A program made the translations under genes and the position numbers. From positions 771,255 to 835,254 of the forward strand of contig CAVQTN010000004.1 of NCBI GenBank assembly GCA_963716585.1: 64,000 bases of DNA, in the 5' to 3' direction. This document shows, in pieces, positions 31,274-41,860 of the stretch. The notes under the pieces were generated by a model, which was not told the origin of the DNA, ran no database searches, and saw only the letters and a program-made list of their open reading frames with translations. The stretch is from an uncultured Chloroflexia bacterium. GTDB lineage: Bacteria > Chloroflexota > Limnocylindria > QHBO01. Each line of letters starts with the position of its first letter. Position 1 is the first letter of the stretch.

Positions 31274-32226
31274 CCGCCTCGACCCCGGCGGCAGCGCCAG
31301 CTGTCAGCCCAGCCGTCCCCGCCATCTCCGTCGATCATGTCTCGCGCTGGTACGGCAACGTCGTGGCGATCAACGACGTCAGCTTCTCGCTGACCGCCGG
31401 CGTGACCGGCCTGCTGGGACCCAACGGCGCCGGCAAGTCGACGCTGCTGCACATGCTCTCGGGCTTTCTGCGCCCCTCGACCGGCGGCGTGGCGGTGGAG
31501 GGCGTCGCGACGTTCGGCAATCCGGAGATCTACCGACGCATCGGCCTGGTGCCGGAGCGCGAATCGGCCTACACCTTTCTGACCGCGCGCGAGTTCGTGG
31601 TCGCCAGCGCGCGACTGCAGAAGATCGCCCAGCCGGAGGCCGCCGCCCAGCGAGCGATCGCGCTGGTCGAGATGGAATCGGCGCAGGATCGACCCATCGG
31701 GACCTACTCGAAAGGGATGCGACAGCGCGCCAAGGTGGCCGCGGCGCTCGTCCACGACCCGCCGATCCTGCTGCTCGACGAGCCGTTCAACGGCATGGAC
31801 CCGCGTCAGCGGCTGCACATGATGGAGCTGCTGCGCCGGATGGGCTCGGAGGGCCGCACCATCCTCTTCAGCTCGCACATCCTCGAGGAGGTCGGGCGCC
31901 TCGCCCAGCAGGTGCTGGTCATCGTCGCCGGCCGGCTGGCCGCCTCCGGCGACTTTCGGGAAATCCGTCGACTGATGACCGATCGACCGCACACCTTCAC
32001 GGTGCGCTCCTCGAACGATCGGGTGCTGGCGGCGGTGCTGGTCGGGGAGCCGACGATCGCCGGCGTGTCGCTGGACGACGGCGTGCTCACCGTGCGCAGC
32101 AATGACTTCGGCGCGTTCAGCCGTACGGTCAGCGGCCTCGCGCGCCGGGCCGACGTCACGCTGCACGAGCTGCTGCCGACCGACGAGTCGCTCGAATCGG
32201 TCTTCAGCTACCTGGTGCGCCGATGA
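31270..32226 (+). CDS. ABC transporter ATP-binding protein
   Basis: GPNGAGKSTLL, YSKGMRQRA, LLLDEPFNGMD. ATGA overlap with the previous gene. Confidence 0.85.
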   Translation: MTASTPAAAPAVSPAVPAISVDHVSRWYGNVVAINDVSFSLTAGVTGLLGPNGAGKSTLLHMLSGFLRPSTGGVAVEGVATFGNPEIYRRIGLVPERESAYTFLTAREFVVASARLQKIAQPEAAAQRAIALVEMESAQDRPIGTYSKGMRQRAKVAAALVHDPPILLLDEPFNGMDPRQRLHMMELLRRMGSEGRTILFSSHILEEVGRLAQQVLVIVAGRLAASGDFREIRRLMTDRPHTFTVRSSNDRVLAAVLVGEPTIAGVSLDDGVLTVRSNDFGAFSRTVSGLARRADVTLHELLPTDESLESVFSYLVRR

Positions 32227-32251
32227 GCCGTCGCGCCCTCCGCGAGACTGC

Positions 32252-32998
32252 ATGAACGCCGTCGTCGCGCGCCTGACCTTGCGACAGCTCCTGGGACGCA
32301 GGCGGCTGCTGCTGCTGCTGCTGCTGGGCGGCCTGATGGTGCTGGTCGCCGTCGTCTACCTGCTCAACAGCCTCGCCAACGGACGGGACCTGCAGAACCA
32401 GCGGTTCACGAGCCGATTGCTCGAGAACTTCGGCCTGGCGGTGCTCATGCCGCTCGTGGCTCTGCTGCTCGGGACGGCCGCGCTGGGCGCCGAGATCGAG
32501 GATGGCACCGCCGTCTACCTGCTCGCCAAGCCCGTCCCGCGACGCACCATCGTCTTCACCAAGCTCGCGGTCGCCGCCGTCGGTTCGATCCTGCTGACCA
32601 GCGTACCGATGCTGCTCGCCGGGGCCATTGCGGCGCAGGGCCTGGCCAATGGCTTGGTGCTCGCCCTGGCCGTGGCCGCCGGCGTCGGGTCGTTGATCTA
32701 CTGCGCCATGTTCCTGGCCTTCAGCCTGGTGACCAGCCGTGCCCTGATCTTCGGCCTGCTCTACGTGCTCGTCTGGGAGGGTCTGCTTGCCGGCCTCTTC
32801 GCCGGGACACGCACCTTCAGCGTGCGCCAGCAGACACTCGCCTTCGCCGATGCGCTCAGTGACGTCCCGCGCACCGTCCTCAACGCACAGCTCGATCTGA
32901 CCACCGCGGTCATCGTGGGTGGCATCCTGTTCATCGGCGCCATCCTGATCGCCGTACGGCGCCTGCAGCACTTCGAGATCTCCGGCGAGACCGGCTAA
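32252..32998 (+). CDS. ABC-2 type transporter permease
   Basis: 6 TM helices. Start trimmed to MNAVVARLTL. Confidence 0.65.
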   Translation: MNAVVARLTLRQLLGRRRLLLLLLLGGLMVLVAVVYLLNSLANGRDLQNQRFTSRLLENFGLAVLMPLVALLLGTAALGAEIEDGTAVYLLAKPVPRRTIVFTKLAVAAVGSILLTSVPMLLAGAIAAQGLANGLVLALAVAAGVGSLIYCAMFLAFSLVTSRALIFGLLYVLVWEGLLAGLFAGTRTFSVRQQTLAFADALSDVPRTVLNAQLDLTTAVIVGGILFIGAILIAVRRLQHFEISGETG

Positions 32999-33014
32999 CC
33001 GCTACTCTCCCGCC

Positions 33015-34043
33015 ATGCAGCCGTGGTCTCGCGACTTCGTCGGGCGGATCGATGAGCATGTCATCGACAGCCAGGCGCTCACCGGCAACCCGCTCGGCGA
33101 TCCGCATCGACGGCCGATCTGGGTCTACACCCCACCCGGCTACGATGAGCATCCCGCCGAGCGCTACCCGAGCATCTATGTCATCCAGGGCCTGACCGGC
33201 CAGCTCGACATGTGGCGCAACCGCAGGGCGTTCGCCGGCGACCCGCTGGAGCTGACCGACGAGATGTTCGCGGCCCCGGACGCGCCACCTGCGATCGTGG
33301 TCTACGTCGACGCCTGGACAAGCCTCGGCGGCAGCCAGTTCCTCGACTCGCCGGCGACCGGCCGCTACCACACCTACCTGTGCGACGAGGTCGTCCCGTT
33401 CGTGGACGGGCAGTACCGCACGCAGCCGCAGCCGCAGCATCGGGGCATCGCCGGCAAATCGAGCGGCGGCTACGGCGCCATGGTCACGCCCATGCTCCGC
33501 CCCGACCTGTTCGGTGGGCTGGCCACGCATGCCGGCGACGCGTTGTTCGAGGTGGCCTACCAGCCCGACATTCGCGAAGCGGTCCGGGCCCTTCGCGACG
33601 AGTACGACTTCAGCTTCGATGGCTTCTGGGCCGACTTCCGCTCACGCCCCGGCCGCCCCAGGAAGAGCGACGGCTCCCTGCTGAACGTGTATTGCATGGC
33701 CGCCTGCTACTCGGCCGACGCCGACGGCACGGTTCAGCTCCCCTTCGAACTGCGCACCGGCCGCCTGCGGCCGGACGTCTGGGACCGCTGGCTGGCCTGG
33801 GATCCGGTGCGGATGGCGCCCGGCCACGACGATGCCCTGCGCGGCATGCGCGCGATCTGGATCGATGCCGGCCGCTCCGACGACTTCTACCTCGACCTGG
33901 GCGCCGAGGCCTTCCGGGCGCAGCTGGACACGCTGGGCATCCGCGACCAGGTCCGCTTCGAGCTGTTCGACGGGACGCACGCCGGGATCGAGTGGCGTTA
34001 TCCACTGGCCCTGCGCTTCCTCGCCGAGCGGCTTGGCGCATGA
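33015..34043 (+). CDS. Putative esterase (PF00756-like alpha/beta hydrolase)
   Basis: YPSIYVIQGLTG..., GIAGKSSGGYGA nucleophile elbow (GxSxG). Confidence 0.65.
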   Translation: MQPWSRDFVGRIDEHVIDSQALTGNPLGDPHRRPIWVYTPPGYDEHPAERYPSIYVIQGLTGQLDMWRNRRAFAGDPLELTDEMFAAPDAPPAIVVYVDAWTSLGGSQFLDSPATGRYHTYLCDEVVPFVDGQYRTQPQPQHRGIAGKSSGGYGAMVTPMLRPDLFGGLATHAGDALFEVAYQPDIREAVRALRDEYDFSFDGFWADFRSRPGRPRKSDGSLLNVYCMAACYSADADGTVQLPFELRTGRLRPDVWDRWLAWDPVRMAPGHDDALRGMRAIWIDAGRSDDFYLDLGAEAFRAQLDTLGIRDQVRFELFDGTHAGIEWRYPLALRFLAERLGA

Positions 34044-34459
34044 CGGTGGATGGTCCGCGGATTGCTGTTCGTCTGACCGATATGCATCAGTCCCACACGG
34101 TGCTCGTCGTCGACGACGAGCCGGCGGTCCGCGAGATGCTCGACGACGTGCTGACCAGCGAAGGCCATGACGTGCTCACCGCGCCCGACGGCGCCGCGGC
34201 TTTCGACGCGCTGCATCGTGGCGATCCGCGCCCCTGCATGATCCTGCTGGACCTGATCATGCCGCGCATGAACGGCTGGGAGTTCGCGGAGCTGCTGCTG
34301 GCCGATGAGGAGCTGCGCGACATCCCGTTCGCGATCATCGCCGCCAACCCACGGTTTGCGGTCGATGCGCAACGCCTCGGCGCGAAGCGCTGGCTGGGCA
34401 AGCCCCTCGAGCTCACCGACCTGCTCAGCACGGTCGAGGAGCTGTGCGACGGCGCGTGA
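34040..34459 (+). CDS. Single-domain response regulator (CheY-like)
   Basis: VLVVDDEPAVREML...MILLDLIMPRMNGWEF...LGKPL. ATGA overlap with the esterase gene. Confidence 0.8.
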   Translation: MTVDGPRIAVRLTDMHQSHTVLVVDDEPAVREMLDDVLTSEGHDVLTAPDGAAAFDALHRGDPRPCMILLDLIMPRMNGWEFAELLLADEELRDIPFAIIAANPRFAVDAQRLGAKRWLGKPLELTDLLSTVEELCDGA

Positions 34460-34479
34460 AGCGGAGTCCCTCGAGCCGG

Positions 34480-36239
34480 TGGCAGCCGACCTGATCCACG
34501 ATGCCCGCGACCTCGGAGCCATCTTGGCACGCGTCGGCGAGGGCATCAGCATCCAGGAGCCAGGTGGCGCACTGGTGTACGCAAACCCGGCCGCCCTCGA
34601 GCTGATCGGCTACCGGACCCTCGACGAGCTGCTCGCGACGCCGGTCGCGCAGGTGCTCGACCGATTCGAGCTCCTTGACGAGGACGGATCGCCGCTCGGG
34701 GCTGACCGGCTTCCCGGTCGCCTCGCCCTGCGCCGCCAGACGCCACCGCCGGTGTTGCTCCGCTTCCGTGTCAAGGCGACGGGCGAAGAGCGCTACGCGG
34801 TCGTCCGCTCGGAGCCGATCCTCGATGAACGCGGGGAGCTGGTGTACGTGGTCAACACGTTTCACGACCAGACCGACGAGCAGCACACCCAGCGCTCGCT
34901 GCGCTTTCTGGCTGACGCCGGCGCGGCGCTCTCGACATCGCTCGACTACGAAGAGACGCTCCGCAACCTGACGAGGCTGAGCGTCCCGGTCCTCGCCGAC
35001 TGGTGCGCGATCGACGTGCTCGATGCCGACGGCGAGGTGCACCGCGTCGGGATTCACCATCGCGATCCGGCCAAGCTGGCGCTCGCCGAGGAGCTGCAGC
35101 AACGGTTCCCACCGGCGCAGGACACCCGAACCGGCGTGGCCGGCGTGCTGGCCTCGGGGCGGTCGCTGCTGGTGGAGGAGATCACCGATGCGCAGATCGC
35201 CGAATGGCCCGATGTGCAGCTGCATGGTGCCGAATATCTGCACCTGCTGCGCTCCATCGGGCTGCGATCGCTGATCATCGCGCCGCTGTTGGCCAGCGAC
35301 CGCGTCATCGGCGCGCTGACGCTCGTCTCGACCGAGTCGGGGCGCCGCTATGGGCGCGGCGACCTGTCCGTTGCGGAGCTGCTGGGGATGCGCGCCGGAC
35401 TCGCCGTGCAGAACTCGCGGCTCTACCACGAAACCGAGCGCGCCGTGGCGCTGCGCGATCGGTTCCTGCAGGTCGCCGCACACGAGCTGCTGACCCCGAT
35501 CACCATCGTGCGCGGCTACGCTCAATCGCTGCAACGCCTGGTGCAGCGTCAGCTCGATGCGTCACCCGGCGGCGAGTCGGTGACGCTCGACAGGGTGCGA
35601 CTGCAACGGTCGCTGAGCCAGGTCGATCGTGCAGCGGATCGGCTCAGCCAGCTCGTCGGCGACCTGCTTGACGTGACGCGCCTGCAGGGTGGCTCGCTGG
35701 TGGCCACCCGGGGACCGGTGAACCTGTCCGCGCTGGTCAGCAGCGCAGTCGACGCCATGCGCGTCCAGCAGGCGGAGGGCCGCTACGCCTCCGACGTGGA
35801 GCTCGCGCTCGACCTGCCGGAGGGGGGCAGCGTGATCGGTTCCTGGGATGAGCTGCGCCTGGAGCAGGTGATCTTCAACGTGCTCGACAACGCGGTCAAG
35901 TACTCATCCGCCGGCGGTCGGGTGCGGCTGCAGCTGGGGATCGACGGCGACGAGGCCCGCATCGACGTCAGCGACGCGGGGCTGGGAATACCGGCGGATC
36001 AGCTGGTCGCCATCTTCGAGCCATTCCATCGAACTTCCAACGCCAATGCCCATGCCAGCGGGATGGGCATGGGCCTGGCGGTCTGCCGCGAGATCGTCAA
36101 TATCCACGACGGCTGGATCCGCGCCGCGAGCCCGGGAATCGGCCGCGGCAGCACCTTCAGCATCGGGCTGCCCGGAGCATCGCTGCAGGCCTCCCCGCCC
36201 GAAAGCCAGGCGGTCGACGCCGAAGCTCCCCCGTCCTGA
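34480..36239 (+). CDS. PAS-GAF sensor histidine kinase
   Basis: PAS, GAF, HisKA (AHELLTPITIVRGY) and HATPase_c (NVLDNAVKYS...DAGLGIP). GTG start uncertain (ORF begins inside the RR gene in another frame). Confidence 0.7.
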
Positions 36240-36255
36240 CCCTGCCACGCCGCCG

Positions 36256-37125
36256 TCAGCAGCTGTGGTCGGCGTCGAACCTGCCCGAGAAGTACTGGCT
36301 CAGCTCGACGCCGCCCTGCGTGAAGCCGGCGCCGGCGCAGCTCTGCAGTGCGCCCGCGAGCGTGCTCGCACCGGCGACCCAGCTGCGATGGCCGATGAAG
36401 GCGGTCGTATCGCCGGTGATCCGGCTCCACATCCGCGGCGCGGAATAGAAACCCACGCTCGCAACATCGACCGACTCGAGATATGCCACCGCGCCCTGCA
36501 GCGAGGCGACATTCAGCGAGGTGTCGTCACGCCACGAATTGGCCGTCTCCACGTCGAGCCACCAGCGGTTGGCGACCGGCGTGCGCGTGGCCTGCGCATC
36601 GGCCAGGCCGAGGGAGATGTAGGCATCAAGGGCCGTCGCATAGGCGTCCTGCGCCGCGTTCCAGCCGTAGTCGAACGCGCAGTCGGCGGTGTCCGGATTG
36701 GACGTCTCGCAACGGCGCGGCTGAGTCTGGCCAGATGGCCAATGCGCCGAGAGGCCCGGGCCTGGATTGCCGGTGTTGGCGTAGAGCTCGGCGTCGATGC
36801 CGGCCCATGCCAGCTGACTCGGTCGATCGCCCTTGCCGAGACACGGGTTCGCGCTGAAGACGATCCCCTGGTTGACGCCAACCACCCCGAACGCAACGTT
36901 CTTGGGCAGCGGGCGGGGGCATTGCGGATAGCTGACGTCGTAGCCGATGAGCGTGGGCTTCGGCTGGGCCTTCGCCGGCTGGCCGCCGGCGTGGTCGACA
37001 TCCGCCCCGACGATCGGACCGCCGGCGGCGACGAGGCCGGGCAGCAGGCCCATGAGGGCGAGAGCGAGGATCGAGGCTGCGGCAGCACGGGCGGGTCGGC
37101 CGTGCTTGGCGGAGATGAGGGGCAC
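36256..37125 (-). CDS. Secreted GH25/DUF1906-like putative peptidoglycan hydrolase
   Basis: Signal peptide. GYDVSYPQ / GVVGVNQG motifs resemble the lysozyme-like GH25/Rv2525c fold. Confidence 0.4.
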   Translation of the reverse strand: MPLISAKHGRPARAAAASILALALMGLLPGLVAAGGPIVGADVDHAGGQPAKAQPKPTLIGYDVSYPQCPRPLPKNVAFGVVGVNQGIVFSANPCLGKGDRPSQLAWAGIDAELYANTGNPGPGLSAHWPSGQTQPRRCETSNPDTADCAFDYGWNAAQDAYATALDAYISLGLADAQATRTPVANRWWLDVETANSWRDDTSLNVASLQGAVAYLESVDVASVGFYSAPRMWSRITGDTTAFIGHRSWVAGASTLAGALQSCAGAGFTQGGVELSQYFSGRFDADHSC

Positions 37126-37216
37126 GTGGACTCCGAGCTCGGTGTGAGACCAATCAGCCTATCAGGCTCGATCAGAAGCGCAACCCGTGGCTCGGTCTCC
37201 CAGGCGCTCCGGCTGT

Positions 37217-37774
37217 CTAGATGCCAGGTCGTGCCGCCCGGAGGCGCTCGATGAGCTCGCTGACGGTCGCCTCAGCGGAACCAGCGGCGGACAGTGTCAG
37301 GCCCGGCTCCGCGGCCGCCAGCGGCTCGAGCTCGGCGAGCTGACTGTCGAGCAGGGAGGGCGGCATGAAGTGGCCGGCTCGCCGCGCCAACCGGGCGGCG
37401 ATGACCTCGCGCGGCGCGGCCAGGTGCACGAACCAGACCGATGGGTTGTCCCCGCGCAGCCGATCACGGTAGATGCGCTTGAGGGCCGAGCAGGTCACGA
37501 TCGCGTTGCGACCCGCCTGTTCCTGCTCGCGGATCCATGCGGCGATCGCCTCCAGCCACGGCCAGCGATCGGCGTCGGTCAGCTCGTGGCCGGCACGCAT
37601 CTTCTCGATGTTCGCCGCGGGGTGAAAGGCATCGCCCTCGGCCGCCGTCCAGCCCAGCCGCTCGGCGAGGAGCCGCATCACCGTGGACTTGCCGCAGCCG
37701 GAGACGCCCATCAGCACGACCGTCGTCGATGGGTCAGGCCGAAGGTCGGGCTGTGCCAGGGCGGGCCTCCTCAT
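37217..37774 (-). CDS. gntK: Gluconokinase (GntK-type)
   Basis: VVLMGVSGCGKSTV P-loop, EGDAFHPAANIEKM, DRWPWL, typical thermoresistant gluconokinase. Confidence 0.8.
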   Translation of the reverse strand: MRRPALAQPDLRPDPSTTVVLMGVSGCGKSTVMRLLAERLGWTAAEGDAFHPAANIEKMRAGHELTDADRWPWLEAIAAWIREQEQAGRNAIVTCSALKRIYRDRLRGDNPSVWFVHLAAPREVIAARLARRAGHFMPPSLLDSQLAELEPLAAAEPGLTLSAAGSAEATVSELIERLRAARPGI

Positions 37775-37852
37775 CGGTCAGGTGGATAATCCGACCCTCG
37801 AAGGAGGTGCTCGACCACGAACGAGGAATCAGCTGCGATCTTTGCACCCGAC

Positions 37853-38614
37853 GTGCTGGCCGACAAGGTGGCCCTGGTCACCGGCGCCGGATCGGGCATC
37901 GGACGTGCCATCGCGATCGCCTACGGGGCGGCCGGCGCCCGGGTGGTCGTCAACTTTCATTCGGAAGCGGGACGTGACGAGGCCGAGGAGGTTGCCGGAC
38001 AGGCGGGACGAGGAGCGAGGGCGATCCGTGCCGACGTGGGCGACGAGGCCGCCGTCACGCAGCTCTTCGCCCAGGTCGACGAGCGCTACGGTCGCCTGGA
38101 CGTGCTGGTCAACAACGCCGGCATCGAGAGCCAGCCGCAGACCATCGATGCGTATCCGGCTGCCACGTTCGACCGGATCATCGCCACGAACCTGCGCGGC
38201 ACGTTCCTGTGCATGCGCGAGGCGTCTCGACGCATGCTCGAGGCTGGCCGCGGGCGGATCATCAACGTCAGCTCGGTGCACGAGGACCTGGCCTTCCCCG
38301 GCAACAGCGCCTACGCGGCCTCGAAGGGCGCCGTCCGGATGCTGATGCGGACCGCCGCCCTCGAACTCGCGCCCCACGGCATCACCGTCGTCAACCTGGC
38401 GCCCGGCGCGGTGGCGACCCCCATCAACCGCGCGACGCTCGACGACGATCGGCTGCGGCAAGCGCTGCTGGCCGAGATTCCGCTGGGCCGCATCGCGGAC
38501 CCCGACGAGATCGCCCGCGCGGCCGTCTTCCTGGCGAGCGACGCCGCGAGCTACCTGACGGCCACGACCGTCTTCGTCGACGGCGGGTTGATGCACGCCA
38601 CTCAGGGGCTCTGA
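37853..38614 (+). CDS. SDR family oxidoreductase (glucose-1-dehydrogenase-like)
   Basis: KVALVTGAGSGIGRAIA, NNAGI, YAASKGAV. Confidence 0.8.
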   Translation: MLADKVALVTGAGSGIGRAIAIAYGAAGARVVVNFHSEAGRDEAEEVAGQAGRGARAIRADVGDEAAVTQLFAQVDERYGRLDVLVNNAGIESQPQTIDAYPAATFDRIIATNLRGTFLCMREASRRMLEAGRGRIINVSSVHEDLAFPGNSAYAASKGAVRMLMRTAALELAPHGITVVNLAPGAVATPINRATLDDDRLRQALLAEIPLGRIADPDEIARAAVFLASDAASYLTATTVFVDGGLMHATQGL

Positions 38615-38626
38615 CCCATCGACGGC

Positions 38627-39151
38627 GTGCGGCGGCCGGTCATCCTGCTGGGGCCGGGCGCCTCGGGCGGGATCGAGCGGCTGGCACCCTATCTCGCCGG
38701 TCTGGACCGCCGTGGGGTGACGGCCCGCGCGGTCCGGCTGCCACGCGGACGCACGGCGCCGGCGCTCGTGGCCTACCGCGTCGCGCTGTCGACGGTCGAG
38801 GCCGGGCGCACGGTGATCGGCGGGCACTCCTTCGGCGGACGGGTGGCGTCGCTGCTGGCGGCCGAGACCGATGTCGCCGGCCTGGTGCTGTTCTCGTATC
38901 CGCTTCATCCTCCGGGGCGGCAGGACCGCTGGGACGAGCGCACCGCGCACTGGCCGGCGATCGGCTGTCCGGTCCTGCTGCTATCGGGCGAGTCGGACAT
39001 GTTTGCGAACGTCGAGCTGCTGCGAGCGGCGGTCAAGCGCCTGCCGAATGCCGAGCTGGTCACCTATCCGCGGGTGCGACACGGCATTGGCCCCGTGCTC
39101 GACGAAGCGCTCGACCGGGTGGCGCGCTTCGTGACGGCCCTCGAGCGATGA
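38627..39151 (+). CDS. COG3571-type predicted alpha/beta hydrolase
   Basis: GGHSFGGRV nucleophile elbow. Short single-domain hydrolase. Confidence 0.55.
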   Translation: MRRPVILLGPGASGGIERLAPYLAGLDRRGVTARAVRLPRGRTAPALVAYRVALSTVEAGRTVIGGHSFGGRVASLLAAETDVAGLVLFSYPLHPPGRQDRWDERTAHWPAIGCPVLLLSGESDMFANVELLRAAVKRLPNAELVTYPRVRHGIGPVLDEALDRVARFVTALER

Positions 39152-39221
39152 GCTGGCCGCGGAGCATCGCTGCAGCGACCTCGGACGGCGCTGCGATTGG
39201 GGGCGATGCCGGAACTGGTGT

Positions 39222-39407
39222 CTAGCTGCCGGAGGCGTACTCGCCGGCATGATCGTCCCGGTCTTTGGCGACGGTCCGCTCGAAGATGTCGAGCGTCTGC
39301 GCGATCGTCTTGCCGTTCTCGTCAGCCGCGCCCTTGAGGTCCTCGTAGGTGATGTTCGCCGGTCCCATGTCGAGATGGGCGTCCATGCAGCCGCAGGTGA
39401 GACACAT
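39222..39407 (-). CDS. Small hypothetical protein with N-terminal CxxCxC
   Basis: MCLTCGCMDAHLDMGPANITYEDLKG... ORF only. Confidence 0.3.
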   Translation of the reverse strand: MCLTCGCMDAHLDMGPANITYEDLKGAADENGKTIAQTLDIFERTVAKDRDDHAGEYASGS

Positions 39408-39529
39408 GGTGATCTCCAGGTACAGAGTTTGAACACCGTCGCGGGGTGCACGCCGAATGCCAGAAGCTTCGGGCGGCCGCTCGGCGCCGAGTGTCGGCCA
39501 GGGCGACTGCGGCCCACGATTCGGAGCCG

Positions 39530-39700
39530 ACTCAGATGACCGATAGGGCGGCCGTCAGCTGCAATCTCCGCGCGCGTGGCGACTCAAATCTGTCGGGATT
39601 GACAGATGCTGGCAGTCGGAATCGCGTATCTGCCTCGCCCGGCGACTCAAACGCATGGGAGCCAGCGGTTGGCCTCCGCCTGAGTCCGGACGGACTCAGC
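39530..39700. repeat. Dispersed repeat family, diverged copy upstream of tRNA-Gly
   Basis: TGGCGACTCAAATCTGTC, CGGCGACTCAAACGCATGGG, and GCAGCTGACGGCCGCC matching GCAGCTGAGCGCCGCC of copy 1. Confidence 0.5.
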
Positions 39701-39846
39701 GGTCAAGCCCCGGGGGCCAGTTGGTTCGGTTGAGGCGCGGGCCCGTCGCTGGCCCGGCGGGAGGCCGGATCTTGGCGGAGGGCTCCAAGTGGGCTATCGT
39801 CTGCATGCGTCCCCGACGAGTCATCGGCCGGGGGTCGGCGATGCGC

Positions 39847-39922
39847 GCGGGAGTAGCTCAGTTGGAAGAGCGCGACCCTTCCAAGGTCGATGTCGCGGGT
39901 TCGAACCCCGTCTCCCGCTCCA
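39847..39922 (+). tRNA. tRNA-Gly (anticodon UCC), CCA encoded
   Basis: GCGGGAG acceptor stem pairing CTCCCGC, D-arm GCTCAGTTGGAAGAGC, anticodon loop CTTCCAA, T-arm GCGGGTTCGAACCCCGT, discriminator T + CCA. Confidence 0.85.
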
Positions 39923-40068
39923 CCACTCTCGTGTGGGCTGGCATCAATCGACCGCCAGGCGTCCACAGCTCGAACGTGCTGCGCACGTCGGTCCGAGCCC
40001 TCGCCCCCGATTCGGGAATGGCATCGGTTGTGCTTCAGATCCAGCAGGTCCGCGAGCAAGGAGGCGAA

Positions 40069-40228
40069 CATGCCGGCAGGGGCAAGTCCCAAGCGCGAAC
40101 GCCAGTACGAGCACATCAAGGACAGCTACGAGGAACGCGGCGTCTCGAAGGACGAAGCCGAGGAACGCGCGGCGCGCACGGTCAACAAGGAACGCCGCGA
40201 ATCCGGCGAGACGAAGAAGAAGAGCTGA
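40069..40228 (+). CDS. Small hydrophilic conserved protein (stress-associated, Lys/Glu/Arg-rich)
   Basis: AAGGAGG RBS 6 nt before ATG. MPAGASPKRERQYEHIKDSYEERGVSKDEAEERAARTVNKERRESGE. Confidence 0.5.
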
Positions 40229-40263
40229 CCCATCTCGGTCGCGAACAATCGCGCAGGGGTGAC

Positions 40264-41013
40264 GTGAGCGATGGCGCCCGCGTCACCCCGACCACGCCGC
40301 CGGTGGAACGGAGCCCACAGCGCGAGCCCCAGGCCGTGCCAGGCGTGACGCACTCGGCGGCCGTGGTGATCAGCATCGGGCCGGACGTCGCGCGGGCCAC
40401 GGGAATCGGCCTGACAGTTTATGGGGTGCTGGGCATCGTCCTGATCGTCGTTGCGCTGCTGGTCGGCGGGGCGGCGTTCGACCGCGTGGAGCGGCTGAGC
40501 GGCTCGCTGGATGGGACCCTCAGCGCGGCGGCATCCACAGCCCGAACCTCGACCAGCGCTCTCGGGAACCTGCACGGCGGCGTCACCCAGAGCAGCACCG
40601 CGGCCGACGACGCGGGCCGGCTCGTCGACCAGGCGGCTGCCACCAGCGCGCAGCTCTCCGCGGCGATGAGCGCCTCGATCCTCGGCGCCCAGCCGCTGCT
40701 GCCCATGGCGTCGAGCTTCAACGACCTGTCGACCCAGCTACGGAGCCTGTCGGGGGACCTGCGATCGATCGGATCGGCGCTGGACACCAGCGGCAGCGAC
40801 CTCAGCCGGCTCGAGGCCGACATGCGCCAGCTCACCGCCCGACTCGACACACTGACCGGACCGAACGGCAGCGCGTCCGTCATCTCGGACGGCGGCCTGC
40901 GCCTGGCATTGCTCGCACTGCTGAGCTTGATGGCCATCCCGGCGATCGGCGCGTTGCTGGTCGGCCTTGCCCTGCTGGGTTTCCTGCGCAGGCCGATGCG
41001 CGCGGTCGCCTGA
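40264..41013 (+). CDS. Membrane protein with coiled-coil region
   Basis: Two TM segments flanking a long Ser/Ala/Leu-rich helical segment (LSRLEADMRQLTARLDTL). Confidence 0.4.
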   Translation: MSDGARVTPTTPPVERSPQREPQAVPGVTHSAAVVISIGPDVARATGIGLTVYGVLGIVLIVVALLVGGAAFDRVERLSGSLDGTLSAAASTARTSTSALGNLHGGVTQSSTAADDAGRLVDQAAATSAQLSAAMSASILGAQPLLPMASSFNDLSTQLRSLSGDLRSIGSALDTSGSDLSRLEADMRQLTARLDTLTGPNGSASVISDGGLRLALLALLSLMAIPAIGALLVGLALLGFLRRPMRAVA

Positions 41014-41024
41014 TCGCGCCCTGC

Positions 41025-41843
41025 TCAGCCCGCGGCGATCGACGATCTCAGCCAGGCGATCACGTCGGCGACGACCGCCCGACCCTCCGGCTCGTTGTGA
41101 AGCTCGTGGCGCAGGTCCGGATAGACGCGCCGCGTCACGCCCGGCAGCGCCGCGAGTGGCTCCGACGCGGATGGCGGCACCAGCCAGTCGGAGCCGCCAT
41201 GCAGCACCAGGGTCGGGACGTGGATCCGGACAATGCCGTCCCGCGTGCGCGCCTGGGCATCGAACGCTTCCTTCCCGAAGCGGAAGGTCAGGCGCCTGAC
41301 CACGAGTGGATCGTCGCGGAATGCCTCCCCCACCGCCGGGTCGCGCGACAGGACCGAGAAGTCGTCGCCGCCTGGAACGCTGACCCACGGCAGCAGGCGG
41401 CCGAGCAGCGCGGCCAGCCAGCGGAGATGGCGCGGGTGCCCCGAATCGAGGCCCGGCGACGAGAGGACCAGCAGGTCGGGTTGTGGCCGCCGGCTCTCAG
41501 CGTACTCGGTGCACAGCAGTCCGCCCATCGAGTGCCCGTACAGGACGAGCGGCAGGCCCGGCCGACGCGCGGCTCCCAGCCGGCCCTCCAGATCATCGAG
41601 CAACAGTCGCCAGGTGCGCACGTCGCCGCGTCGCCCGCCGGATGCCCCGAAGCCGCGCTGGTCGTAGGCACGCACCTCGAGGCCGGCCTCCGAGAGCCAT
41701 TCCCCGACGTGCTCGTAGCGCCCCGAGTGCTCCGACAGCCCATGGACGAGCAGCACCACGGCCCAGGGCTCGCCGTGCGCGCTCCACGAGCGGGTGAGCA
41801 GCAGCGTGCCGTCGCCCGCCACCGCATCGGTGCGTGCGCTCAT
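41025..41843 (-). CDS. Alpha/beta hydrolase (lysophospholipase / monoacylglycerol lipase-like)
   Basis: VLLVHGLSEHSGRY, GHSMGG nucleophile elbow. Confidence 0.75.
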   Translation of the reverse strand: MSARTDAVAGDGTLLLTRSWSAHGEPWAVVLLVHGLSEHSGRYEHVGEWLSEAGLEVRAYDQRGFGASGGRRGDVRTWRLLLDDLEGRLGAARRPGLPLVLYGHSMGGLLCTEYAESRRPQPDLLVLSSPGLDSGHPRHLRWLAALLGRLLPWVSVPGGDDFSVLSRDPAVGEAFRDDPLVVRRLTFRFGKEAFDAQARTRDGIVRIHVPTLVLHGGSDWLVPPSASEPLAALPGVTRRVYPDLRHELHNEPEGRAVVADVIAWLRSSIAAG

Positions 41844-41860
41844 GCGACCGATAATGGCGC

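Noticed and set aside
39923-41100. Genomic island integrated at tRNA-Gly
   Set aside because: No repeat of the tRNA 3' end and no integrase gene in the following 20 kb. Gene content is continuous housekeeping/stress type.
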